From Mobula birostris (lineage: Eukaryota), in contig NC_092370.1 of assembly GCF_030028105.1 (NCBI RefSeq), forward strand, positions 220,702,005 to 220,766,004: 64,000 bases of DNA, in the 5' to 3' direction. Shown here one piece after another: positions 48,734-61,030 of the stretch (the stretch's first letter is position 1; each line of letters begins with the position of its first letter). A model generated the notes under the pieces. That model searched no databases. It saw only the letters and a program-made list of their open reading frames with translations, and was not told the origin of the DNA. The translations under genes were made by a program, and so were the position numbers.

Positions 48734-48907
48734 CTCTCTGTGCGGGCCGTGTCGGCAGGAGGAAGGGGGGAGAGGGGTATGTACCCACCCCCTGGTCCCC
48801 ATCGGCCAGCGGAGCCTTCAGGCCGTCCCAGTGCGGCAGGAGCTTGGGCACGCGGAACCCCTGCTCGCAGTCTCCCTCGTAGAACCAGTCGCTCTGCTCG
48901 TCGTCAC
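48734..48907 (-). CDS. GPATCH2L: GPATCH2L coding exon 3
   Basis: ccccag|GT ... AGA G|gtgaga, 174 nt. GDDEQSDWFYEGDC...FLLPTRPAQR. Confidence 0.93.
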
Positions 48908-49179
48908 CTGGGGACGGAGGCAGCAGTCAGTGTCCACCCCGTCCATCGAACACCCACGTCACGCCAAACCCTCTGCCTCGCCCCGCCCCATCCACTCACC
49001 AACCCCGCCACCCCACACCTGGGCATGGAGGCAGCAGTCAGTGTCCATAGTACCATCAGCCCCAGCCCTACCCTGTCCACCTCAGCCCATTCACCCACTG
49101 ACCCTACCCACCCTTCCACACCTGGGCACACAGGCAGCAGCAAGTGTCCACAGCGGCACCACCCCTTGCCCCATCCTAC

Positions 49180-49438
49180 CCACCTCCCCCTCCGTATCCC
49201 CCTCCACCCGTCTCTCCCTCCGTATCCTCCCCACACCCACCTCTCCCTCCATATCCTCCCCCACCCACCTCTCCCTCCATATCCCTCCACCCACCTCTCC
49301 CTCCATATCCTCCCCCCACCCACCTCTCCCTCCATATCCTCCCCCCACCCACCTCTCCCTCCATATCCTCCCCCCACCCACCTTTCCCTCCATATCCCCC
49401 CACCCACCTCTCCCTCCATATCCTCCTCCCCCCCACCC
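49180..49438. repeat. ~27-bp C-rich minisatellite (CCCACCTCTCCCTCCATATCCTCCCC), about 9 copies
   Basis: Direct tandem repetition; explains several spurious ORFs. Confidence 0.9.
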
Positions 49439-50590
49439 GCTTCTCTGAGATCCACACTGGGGAAGAGACGGTCAGCTGATTGGGACCAGTGAGACAGGAT
49501 CCACCCTGGCCTCGGGGAAGGCACAGCTGCGTCTTCCGCCCACCCCCTACCCGGCTGCTGAGAACCAGGGAGGGAGTGGGAAGGACGGAGTGCTGCTGTC
49601 TCACAGGTCAGAGACCTAGATAGATCCCGACCTGTGTCTGTGGAGTCTGCATGCTCCCCGTAACCTCGCGGGGCACCCTAGGGTGGGTTAGCTGGTTAAG
49701 GGGCCACTTGTAGATTGTCTCAGGGGCAGAAGGTATGGGAGTCAAAGGGGAGCAGGGGTGAGAGAATAAACAGGGTAAGTGTAAGTGGGTGGTCTACCAC
49801 TGAGACACAATGGGCCGAGGGTCTCCCATGTGACCCCAGGGCCAGGGCCACCAACTGAACTGAGGGTTTCAGACAACCCCAGCAATGCAGGGAACAAGGC
49901 TAGTTCCACACCTACACCACGGCCTGGGTGTCCGGGGAATATCACAGGTGCTGCTTAAATCCAAGTCGATCCCCATTCCTGACCCTCACTCCCAACACAG
50001 AGTGTAACTCACCCCCTCACTCCCAACACAGCCCGTCGCTCGTACCCTCATGGCGTCACTCACCCCTTCAGTCCCACCACCTGGCCTGCCACTCACCGCA
50101 CTGTCTACCGCTCACACAAAGTGTTCTGACAACTGTTCAATTGTTGCCTCTTGCGGAGCCAATGTGATGAGAAAACATTTTACTCCCGATCAACTCAAAC
50201 TGGCCCGGTCACAGGAGACACGGCTCCACAACAGCTCAAACGTGTCCCGACACACCACACTGCCGGAGCTAGCCCAGGTCACAGGCACAGGGGCACACAG
50301 CCCCACCCTCCACAATCACAGCAGACTGAAGTGCACGTGGGGGACACCCCGGGGAACCAGCTAAAAGGAGAGTGACACACCGAGTGTTCCTTCTGCACTG
50401 CACCATCCCACGCGCCATCCCGTCACGCGCTCCCACCCTCCCACACTGTACTGTCATGTGCTCTCGCACCCCCCCCCCCATCACACTCACACCATCCCGT
50501 CTCGTGTGATCCAAGACATTTCCAGCGACTAGGGCAGGGAGCCATGACTGCTTACACTTTCACGCCCTCCCATAACCCATGCATCCATAC

Positions 50591-50649
50591 CTTGTCGTCC
50601 CTCGTCGTTGGTGAAGAGTCCATCGCTGCTGCACACGCTGCTGGCGTCA
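50591..50649 (-). CDS. GPATCH2L: GPATCH2L coding exon 2
   Basis: ccgcag|T ... CAA G|gtatgg, 59 nt. DASSVCSSDGLFTNDEGRQ. Confidence 0.93.
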
Positions 50650-51049
50650 CTGCGGTCAGAGCAGAGTCAATGAGCTCCACCCGTACAGCACCCCAAACCC
50701 ACCCGAGCACGAGAGATCAACCCCCCCCCCCCACCCCCACCCACTGAGCTCCGGGTCTACCCCAAGACCGGTCCATCACTGCTGCACATGCCACTGGCGT
50801 CACTGGGAACAGAGCAGAGAGTCAATGAGCCCCGTCTGAACACCATCTACCCAACCCCTCCATCCCAACTCCAACCAGCCTGCACATTGAGTGACGCTCC
50901 CTCCACACCATCCCATCACACGCTGCAGGGTCAGGGGTTTGAGGGGGGTAGGGGATGGAATGGGATGAGGGGCGAGTCAGGGACCAGACTGAGGGTGTGG
51001 TGCTCTGGGAACCAACCTCACTCCCCCCACCCTGCTGCCTAGCAGTCAC

Positions 51050-51678
51050 CTGTCGGTCATGTTTTCGTCCGATGCCTTGTGTTCCTGGCTGCAGTCCATG
51101 CCTTCACCGGGGGTGGCAGGGGGCCGGGAGCCGCGCTGGCTGCCCCCTCCCTCAGGCAGCCGCTGCTTCTTGTGTTGGCAAGGCCCGGAAGGGCTCCAGG
51201 GGCAGGGAGGGGCCGCCGGCTCAGACACCTTCAGTTTCTTCTGCAGGGAGGAGGTGACATCGGCGGGGGGCTTGGCCCGGCGCCTCCTGCGGCCCTGCCC
51301 TGGGCCCTGACCTCCCTCCGCCGGACCGTCGCCCTCACCCCAGGCTGACTGCCTGCCCTTCAGCGTCACATTGAGGGAGGAGAGGCGCTGAACGACCGCC
51401 CGATCGTCGTCCGAGTCACTGGGAGCTCCCGCCGCGGCGCCCCCTCCGGCCGCCGTCTCCTCCTGGCTGGAACCAGACGCCTCGCTAAAACAGCGGCCAT
51501 AGTCGAGCGGCCGGTTCGAGATGGAGCGCCGTTTCCGGCCCCGGCGCTTGCGGGTCTGCCGCCGCTGGGGCTGGCGGGGGCTGGGGCACGGCCCCTCCCA
51601 CCCCTCCTCGTCCAGACGGTTCTGCTCAGATGTCTCGTCCAGCGCAGACGCCAGGTCATGGGCCAGCTCGTCCATCAT
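51050..51678 (-). CDS. GPATCH2L: GPATCH2L first coding exon
   Basis: Acceptor ttcccag (exon starts 51702), ATG 51678, AG|gtgact donor. MDELAHDLASALDETSEQNRL...RKRRGRKRRS...SLQKKLKVS...SDENM. No G-patch domain in the model, fitting GPATCH2L rather than GPATCH2. Confidence 0.93.
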
Positions 51679-53491
51679 CGGAGGGGTGGGTGGGGTGCGT
51701 ACCTGGGAAACAGAAATGAAGGGTGGGCAGGAGTTAGACGGGCAGGGGACTGGAACTCCACAGACTCTGTCTGAGTTCCAACGAAAGCTCTCAGCCCAAA
51801 CAGTGACTGTTTATTCCCCTCCACAGATGCTGCCTGACCTGCTGGTTTCCTCCAGCATTTTGTGCGTTGGTTCTTGCTGCCTCAGTAGAGGAGGCAAAAG
51901 AAATTCATGTCCTTGTTGACTCTTACCAATTTATAATAATGTGCTACAGAAAGCACCCTATCCGATGCATCATGGCTTGGTATGGTGACTGCTCTGCCTG
52001 TGACTGCAAGAAACTGCAGAGTTGTGGACACAGCTCAGCACATCACAGAAACCAGCCTCCCCTCCACTGACTGTCTAGATTTCTCACTGCCGCAGTAACG
52101 CAGTGCAATCAAAACCCCACCCACCCAGACAATCTCTCCCCCCACCCCCCACTTCCATCAGGCAGAAGATACAAAAGTCAGAAAGCACAAAACACCAGGC
52201 TCAAGGACAGCTTCTATCCTGCTGTTATAAGACTATTGAATGGTCCCTTACTACAATAAGCAGGATTCTTTGCTTCACAATCGACCTTGTTATTACCTTG
52301 CACCTTATTGTCGGCCGCCACTGCACTTTCTCTGTAGTTTTCTGCATTCTGTTACTGTTCTCCCTTGTACGGGCTCAATGCACCATGTAATGAAATGATC
52401 TGCATGAATTGTATGTAAGACAAGCTTTTCACTGTATCTCAGTACAGGTGACAATAATAAACCAGCCACACAAATCCCAAGCAACAAATGAGGAACAGCA
52501 ACCCACCCCTGCATCCACCCCCACCCCCACCCAACCAGCCATTCACAGCCCCCCCGACTCACCCTACTGAGATAACCAGCCCACCCAGCCCTGTGCTGGA
52601 GCAGCTGGTTCCGCTGACGGGGACTTATCCTGTCCCAGTCACGGAGACAGACAAGGTCTCCGATGCTGGAGTCCTGGACCAAACACAGACTGCTTCAGGG
52701 ACGACCAGGTGGAAGATCCTAACTGTGCCTTCCTCTGCACAGAGGCTGCCTGACCCACTGAGCTTCTCCAGCAGCTGATCTTCCTCCTGGAACATTAACC
52801 CTGTCTCTCATCCCACGGATGCTGCCCAGCGTGCTGGGTATTTCCAGCACTTTTTCACTTCAAACTTCCAGCAATTGCTCACTCTCCCCAGTACAGCCCC
52901 AGCTCCCACTCTCCCCTCATGTCATCCATTTTCTCTGGTGCTCCACTCTTTTAGCTCTGTGCAAATGATGGGTTTGGATTTCATCCTTGATCTGATGAAA
53001 GGCTCTCTGTTGCAGCCCCCACAGCTGCTGCCTGACCCTCAGCATTTGATGGGACAACTGGTTTACATTCCACTCCAGTTTTGCAGACAACCTTGACCCA
53101 CTGCAATAGGTCTAAGGCAGACACCAGTTTCGTCACCCAGCACTCATCTCTGGAACATCTAACCTGCGAGATTAACTAGCAGTCGAGTTGATGGTCAGGA
53201 AGGAAAATGCAATATTAACACTCATTTCGAGAGGACTAAAATATATAAAGGCAAGGATGTAATGCTGCGGCTTTATAAGCCATTGGTCAGACTGCACTCG
53301 GAATATTGTGAGCAGTTTTGGGCGTCCGCACTTTACGTTAACGTGTCTTCAGGCCATGCCACGCAGGGTCTTGTGCTAATATTATTTTGAGACTGCAAGT
53401 GCTGCACCATAACTACATGTGCTGTGTGTGACTATATGAACTGTGTTTTGCACCTTAGCCTCAGAGGCATGTTGTTTAGTTTAGCTGTATA

Positions 53492-55077
53492 CAGGTTTCC
53501 CCCGCCATCCGAAGGTAGGGCGTTCCTATGAAACGGTTCGTAAGCCGAAATGCCGTACAGCAAAGAAGCAATTACCATTTATTTACATGGGAAAATTTTG
53601 TGAGTGTTCACAGACCCAAAAATAACCTACCAAATCATGTCAAATAACACATAAAATCTAAAATAACAGTAACATATAGTAAAAGCAGGAATAATATGAT
53701 AAATACACAGCCTATATAAAGTAGAAATACTTCTCTACAACGATTGCCTGCACAGATCTCCGTAGCGAAAATCTCACGCAAGTGCTCTTGGCAGAAAATC
53801 TCACGCAAGGGCTGTTGGCATAAACGCGCTCTCCAGTAATCTTTAAACTATGAAGCTGCCAAATCTACCAAATAACACGTAAAAATACACAGCCTATATA
53901 AAGTAGAAATAATGTATGTACAGTGTAGTATCACTTACCGGAATTGGGAATACAGTGCCGAGCACACTGATGATGGTGTGTTAGACTGAGTCGTCGCAGG
54001 CTGGGTGGTGCAGTGGCCTCCACCCTCCGGGCCGTCGACCCGATACATTGCCGTGCAGAACGCAGCAGTAGCCGGGAGGCACACAGCACATCTTTAAGAA
54101 AAAAGCCTAAATGAACATGCTAATTAATTAGGTGCTGCCCAGCATGTAAATGTCGGCACAGATCAGAGCAGATTGCATCGCCTCTGATCTGGGCCGACAA
54201 TTACATATCGGCGGCACCTAATTAATTAGCATGTTCATTTAGGCTTTTTTCTTAAAGATGTGCTGTGTGCCTCCTGGCTACTGCTGCGTTCTTCGCGAAT
54301 CGGTACAGTATCTGTCCGGGGCCCGGGTGTTGGGGTGGTGGGACATGGGGGTGTCATCTCATCGTCGATCAAGGCAGGCAGCTCTTCTTCTATGACTGCC
54401 TGCCTCGATGTCGAAGGTCGAGATTCGTCGTCTGCTGTGGCTGATGTGGAAGGCTTGCTTGACTGCTGAGCTTCGCGCATTTTTCTGTCATACAGTTGTT
54501 TGTAGGCACTCAAACCATCCTGCAAATATCCCCCAAACCTACGTACCCTTTCAAAATTAAAGTCGTACTTTACCATTGCAGCGAAAATCTCACGCAGTTG
54601 CTTCACTTTCTGCATTTGGTTTCGATTGTTATCCCTTCCTCTTCCAATTGCATCAGCTCTTCATCTATCAATTCTTGGTCATGGGATGCCAAAACCTCTT
54701 CAACATCATCTTCATCAACTTCCACAAGCCAAACTCACTTTGTCCTTGCTTCGTTCACCACGATCGAAACGCTTAATTATGTCTAGTTTTACGCTAAGTG
54801 TAACACCCTTACTCTTTCAGGCTTTTCCGACACCTTAGAACTCATCTTGCTAACGGCTGCTCAATGCAACGTGTTTCAGCAATGCCGTTCCGAATCCGGG
54901 GCAGAGTAGCTGCTCGGGGCGCGCGCTGCCTTTTATAGCGCGCTGATTTTTTATCTCACGCTACCTTTCTTCGTAACAGTGAAAACACCTTCTGAAAGTG
55001 AAAACAGGGTACTAATGTAGGTCTTTCGTAACAGTGAGGTTTCGTAAAGCGAACGTTCGAAAAACGGGGTACACCTG
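53492..55077 (-). mobile_element. Tigger/pogo-like non-autonomous DNA transposon with internal deletion
   Basis: TA flanks at 53490-91 and 55078-79; imperfect TIRs CAGGTTTCCCCCG / CGGGGTACACCTG; minus-strand remnants KGVTLSVKLDIIKRFDRGE and VDEDDVEEVLASHDQELIDEELMQLEEE. Confidence 0.85.
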
Positions 55078-56964
55078 TACATATGTATGGTTGAGTGATA
55101 ATAAACTTGAATGTGAACTTATTTATGAAAGGATGTGCTGGCATTGGAGAGGCTCCTGAGGAGGTTTAACATATGATGAGTGGCTGATGGTCCTGGGCCT
55201 GTACTTGCTGGAGCTTAGAAGAATGAGGGGTCATCTCACTGAAACCTAGCGAATACTGAAAAGCCAAGATAGAATGGAAATGGAGAGGATGTTTCCTACA
55301 GTGGGAACAGCCTCAGAATAGAAGGAGGTCACTTTAAAAAGAGAGATGGGGATTTTCTTTAGGCAGAGAGTGGAGAATCTGTGGAATTCATTACATTTAA
55401 AGCAGAGGTTGGTAAGTTCCTGATTAGTAATGACGTCAAGGATTACAGTGAGAAGGTAGAAGAATGGGGTTGAGAGGTGTAATAAATCAGGTATGATGGA
55501 ATAGCACAACAGACTGGGTGGGCCAAATGGCTTAACACTGCTATGGCTTATGAAATGTAGACACCAACATCTTTCTGGCTATTCTTACCTGCTCCTTTAC
55601 TCCAGCTCAGTCCGACCCCGGGTTCAAGGCCCCTCACATTCACGCTGTTTCTATGCCTGCTGACGAGACCAATGTTGGAGTCACGGGTGGGCAGGAGGTG
55701 CCTGAAGGATGAGCAATTCAGTGGGAAGACAGAGAACTGAAGCCCCATTGTCACACAGCATGGAAACAGGCATTTCAACCCAACTTACCCTTGCTGGTCA
55801 AACAGTCTACCTGAGCTCGCTCTAAACCCTTCGCATGTATATATGTGTGTATCTGTCCAAGTGCATTGTCAGCGTTGTTGATGTACTCTCATCTACCACT
55901 TTCTCTGGTAGCTCATTCCCTATGTTCATATCAGAATCAGATTTATTGTTGCTGACATATGACATGAAATTTGTTCAGTAGCAGCAAAACCTTTGGTATC
56001 CTCTTTTATATTATTGGCTAGCTTATCTTCATATTTAATCCTTTCTCTCCTCATGGCTTTTTCAGTTCCCTACTGATGGCTTTTAAATACATCTCAATCC
56101 TCTATCTTCCCACTTTTTTTAATGTAATACTCCTTCTCTTGCTTTCATGCAGCCTTTGAGTTCCCTCGTCAGTCACTGGTGCATCATCCTCCCTTTAAAA
56201 CACTTCTTCATCTTCGGGATGTATCTCTCCTGCGTCTTCCAAACTGCTCTCTGAAACTCCAGCTATTATTGTTCTGCCGTCATCCCTGCTAGAGTCCCTT
56301 TCCAATCATCTTAGACCAGGTACTCTCTCATGCCTCTGTAATGCCCTTTACTCCACTGAAATGCTGATACGTTATCTACTCCTTTTTAAACCTCAGGGTG
56401 AATTCCATGCCTTTTCTATCTCCCTTTGTAATTTGTACCCCTCATCCTGGCTACTATTCAGAGGATGTATACAATTCCCATCAGGGTCTTTTTACCCTTG
56501 CAGTGTCTTACCTCTATCCACAAGGATTCTACATCTTCTGACCCCATGTCACCTCTTTCTAAGGATTTGATTTCATTTTATCAAGAGTCACCCCACCCTC
56601 TCTGCCTACCCATCTGTCCTTTTGATACAAATGCGTATCCTTGGATATTAAGCCTCCAGCTATGATCTTTCAGCCAAGATTCAGTGATGCCTAGAAGTTA
56701 TACCTGCCAATCTCTAACTGCACTACAGATCACCTACCTTATTCCATATACGGCATGCATTCAAACGTAACACCTTCAGTCCTGTATTCATCAACCTTTA
56801 CAACTTTGCTCCATGTTACACTTCAACTGATCCCACTGACTGCAATTTTGCCTTGTCATCTGCCTGTCCTTCCTGCATCTATTTGTATACCAACTGTCCC
56901 ATCCTCCACCCTATCACCCCAACGCCCTTCACCTCCTGCTAAATATGTTTGGCCCAGGATATAT

Positions 56965-57202
56965 ATATATAGGCAAGACCATGGATTTGATTTGCACCTT
57001 GGAAGGTTTCCAGGGTCTCCCCTCTCCATGCCACCGATGTTGTCCAAGGAAAGGGCACTATGGCCAATACAGCTTGGCACCAGTGTCGTCACAGAGCAGT
57101 GTGTGGTTAAATGCCTTGCTCAAGGACACAACAAGCTGCCTCAGCTGAGGCTTGAACTAGCGACCTTCAGATCACTAGACTGATGCCTTAACCACTTGGC
57201 CC
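56965..57202 (-). mobile_element. tRNA-derived SINE (V-SINE-like)
   Basis: Minus strand GGCCAAGTGGTTAAGG (A box), GTTCAAGCC (B box), then GTGTCCTTGAGCAAGGCA.TTAACC core. Confidence 0.7.
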
Positions 57203-59398
57203 AGGACAGATCCTCTGAGATGTTGATGCCTAGGAACTTGAAGCTGCTTACTCTTTGCATTGCTGACCCCTCTTATATGGTCCTCTGGTCTCATTAAAAC
57301 CTTTCCCCTCTCTCCTTAAACTTCTATACTCCCTCACCCTTGGAAAAAGACCGCGATGCCCGTCATGATTTTATCAACCTCTATCAGGTTACCTGTCAGC
57401 CCCCTTCACCCCACCCCCACAGACCCCTTGCCTTATGGTATTGGCCCATGGCATATAAAAGGTTGGGAACCCCCACTTTAGAACACAGCACAGTGCAGGC
57501 CCTTCAGCCCACAAGGTTGTGCCAACCCTTTAACCCACTCCAAGATCAATCTCACCCTTTCCTACTACATAGCCCTCTATTTTTCTTTCATCCATGTACT
57601 TTCTAAAAGTCTCTTAAATCTCCCAAAGTACCTGCCTCTACCACCACCCCTGGCAGTGTGTTCCACACACTCTCCACTGTGTAAAAAAGACACTACACTG
57701 ATATCTCCCCTATTTACCATCAATCACATAAGAATTATGCCCCTTTGTATTAGCCATTTCTGCCGAGATAAAGTTTCTGTCTATCCAATCGTTCTATGCT
57801 TGTTATTTTGTATAGCTCTATCAAGTCCCCTTTCATCCTCCTTCACTCCAAGGGAACAGCCCTAGCTCACTTAACCTATCCTCGTAAGAAATATCCTTTA
57901 ATCCGGGCAACATCCTGGTAAATCTCCTCTGCACCCTCTCTTAAAGCCTACACATCCTACCTCTAATGAGGCGACTAAAACCGAACACAATATTCCAAGC
58001 ATGGCCCAGCCAGGGCTTTATAGGGCTGTGGCATTACCTTGTGGCTCTTTAACTCAATTCCCCCCTCTAATGAAGACCAACACACCATACGCCCTCTTAA
58101 CCACCCTATCCATTTGCAGGGCAACTTGTGCAGAATAATCCCTTAAGGCTGTTCTATCACTGAAGAAGTTTGATCAAATCCTTTACAGTTCAGACGAATG
58201 AGGAGAGATCTGACTGAAACTTACAGGTGCTGAGGGAGCTTGACAGGGTAAATGTGAGGTGTTTCCAATAGACAGAGAGTCAGCCAGTGGGGAGGCACAG
58301 ATACAAGATAAGGGGAGGTTATTTAAAACTGAAGTGTATAGAGATTTGTTCTCAGAGGCTGGAGAGTTTCTAAATTCTCTGCTGCAAGGGGAGAGTACAC
58401 TACAGCATTTATGATTACAGAAGTGAACAAATATCAAAAGGCTGGACGAAGTGAGACTCGGATCCACAGGAGGAGCCAAGCCTGGCACAGATCTTTCACA
58501 GCTTCCTCGTATTATCTTGTATACTCCGGCATTTGTATTAGTCCGACATTGCTTGCCCCAACCCTGCTTTTTCCCCTCCACCCAACCAATCCTCAATATC
58601 AACCTCCGAATCCTATCATGCCCCAACTCCATCATACCCCCATCCCAACCTTCCCATCCTTCTAACTCTTCACCATCTCACATCCAAACCCTTCCATACT
58701 GTCAACACCACCCCACCCAATGACTCCCCACAGACCTACTACAAACTCTCCTCCCAAATTGTCCCAAACATCATCAGCAATATTCTCCTCAGTCTGAATC
58801 CTCACCACAACAATCCCAACCCACATGCCAGCCATTCCCCCTTCCTCCTAAACCTTCAACATCACCCACAAACCCACATCATCCACATCCCAACCCTCTC
58901 CTCTGCATATCTGACTCAACCTCCACAACCCACAAATTACAACCATCTTCTCCCATCCCAACCTTCAACAGACCCCAAGCCCCACAACAGGTTACCCATC
59001 CACCAGCCTCTCATCTCCTCCACCCAACACACCTCTCTCCCTCAGCCCAAACCCAAACATTCCACTCCAACACCCCCTCCCATTCGCTTCCCTCCCTCCC
59101 CTCAGCCCAAACCCAAACATTCCACTCAAACTCCCCCTCCCCTTCACACTCCCACTTCCCTCCCCTCAGCCAGACCCACACATCCCATCCCACCCCACCC
59201 AGTTCACCAACCTCTCCTCATCTCTCTCCCCTCAGCCCACAACCCACCAACACCCACCTCCTCCTCCTCCATCAAATCCGCCCGCTCGTCACCTTCCTCA
59301 CCTCCTCCTCCTCTTTCCCCTCACAGATACTCCTCCCTCCCCCTCAGTCCCTAAACCCCACTCCACACTTCTCCCCGCCCTCCACTACCAACTCCCTC

Positions 59399-59520
59399 AC
59401 TCACCCAGAGCTCCGGCCGCCCTGCACCAGCGCAATGGCGTCACTTCCGACCCGCTGGGGACTCCACAGAGAACGCTTCCGCCCCACTCAATCGTCATTT
59501 CCGCTCTCCGCCGTGTCGCC
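59399..59520 (-). promoter_or_regulatory. GPATCH2L: Probable GPATCH2L promoter and non-coding exon 1
   Basis: CpG-dense patch; composite ETS-CRE CGGAAGTGACGC (59449-59438) overlapping YY1-like CGCCATT; GC box; TGG|gtgagt donor at 59404 pairs with the unmatched acceptor at 51702. Confidence 0.7.
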
Positions 59521-59659
59521 AGAGCAGGAGTCTCCCGTTAAAGATTCCGAGCCACAGAAACCGGCCCTTCGGCCCCATGAACTATTACTCTCCCTAGTCC
59601 CATCCAAATACGCATATATCCGGTCCCTTAGAATAACTGCCAATAATTTACCTACTAGT

Positions 59660-61030
59660 AATCACACAAAATGCTGGAGGAACTCGACAGGTCAGGCAGC
59701 ATCTATGGAAATGAATAAACAGTCGACGTTTTGGGCCGAGACCCTTTTTCAGGTCTGAAAAGGAAGAAGCCAGAATAAAAAAGATGGGGAAGTGGAAGGA
59801 GGATAGGCAGAAGGTGATAGGTGAACCCAAGTGGATAGGAAAGGTAAAGGGCTGGAGAAGAAGGAATCTGAGAGGAGAGGAGAGTGGACCATTTGGAGAA
59901 AGGGAATGAGGAGGGGACCCAAGGGAAGTGATAGGCAGGTGAGAAAAGGTAAGGGGTCGGAGTGATGAATAGATGAAGGGGGAGGGGAGGGATTTTTTTT
60001 ACCAGAAGAAGAAAGTGATATTCATGCCATCAGGTTGGAGGCTACCCAGACAGAATATCAGATGTTGCTCCTCCACCCTTGGGGTGACCCCATCATGAGG
60101 AGACCATGACCATATGTGGGGATGGCAATGACAATGGGGCCGGAAAGTTCTGCTTTTGGCAGATAGAGTGGAGGTGCTCAATGAAGCGGTGTCCCAATTT
60201 ACAACGGGGTTTCACCAATGTAGAGGAGGCTGCATCAAGAGAACCAAACACAAAAGCAGACCCCAGCAGACTCGCAGGGGAAATATTGGCTCACCTGGAA
60301 GAACTGTTTGGGGCCCTGAATGGAGATGAAGGAGGAGGTGTATGGGCAGATGTAGCACTTGCAGGGATAATTGGCGGGGGAGGGGGACATTAGTTGGGTG
60401 GGATGAATGGACAAGGGAATCACAGAGGAAGCGATCACTGTGGAAGGTGGAGAGGGGGAGAGGTAAAGATAAGTTTGTGGTAGGATCCCTTTGGAGATGG
60501 CAGAAGTTGCGGGGAATGATGTGTTGGATGCGGAGGCTCATGGGGTGGTAGTGAGGACAAGAGGAACTCTATCACTGTTAAGGTGGCGGGAAGATGGTGT
60601 GACCTGGCTGCTTGGGAAATGGAGGAGATGTAGGTGAGGGCAGCATCAATGGTGGAGGAAGGAAAACCCTGTTCTCTGAAGAAAGAGGATACCTCTGATG
60701 TCCTGGAAAAGAAGATGGGAACAGATGTGATGGAGACGAAGGAACTGAGAAAAGGGAATAGCACTTTAATAGGAGACAGGATAGGCAGAGGTATAGTCAA
60801 GATAACCATGGGATTCAGTAGGTCTGTCTCAACAGATGGAGACAGAGGGATCGAGAAAGGGGAGGGAGGTGTCAGAAATGGACCAAGTGAATTTAAGGGC
60901 AGGGTGGAAGTTGGAGGCAAAGTTAAGGAAATTGACGAGCTCAACATGGGTGTATGCAGCAGTACCAACGTAGTGTTGGAAGAGTTGGGGAGCATTACTG
61001 GGGAAGGCTTGGAACATGGACTGTCCTAGG
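59660..61030 (-). mobile_element. Penelope-like element 3' portion (RT end, GIY-YIG region, terminus), degenerate
   Basis: NFHPALKFTWSISDTSLPFLD and EEQHLIFCLGSLQPDGMNI, plus the shared terminus with a decayed hammerhead motif at 59720-59757. Confidence 0.85.

Noticed and set aside
48479-49604. Pro/His-rich and Gly/Trp-rich ORFs up to 337 aa
   Set aside because: Arise from the C-rich minisatellite and the antisense of GPATCH2L exons.
57130-57202. tRNA gene (A and B boxes)
   Set aside because: Continues into a SINE body and lacks a convincing cloverleaf.
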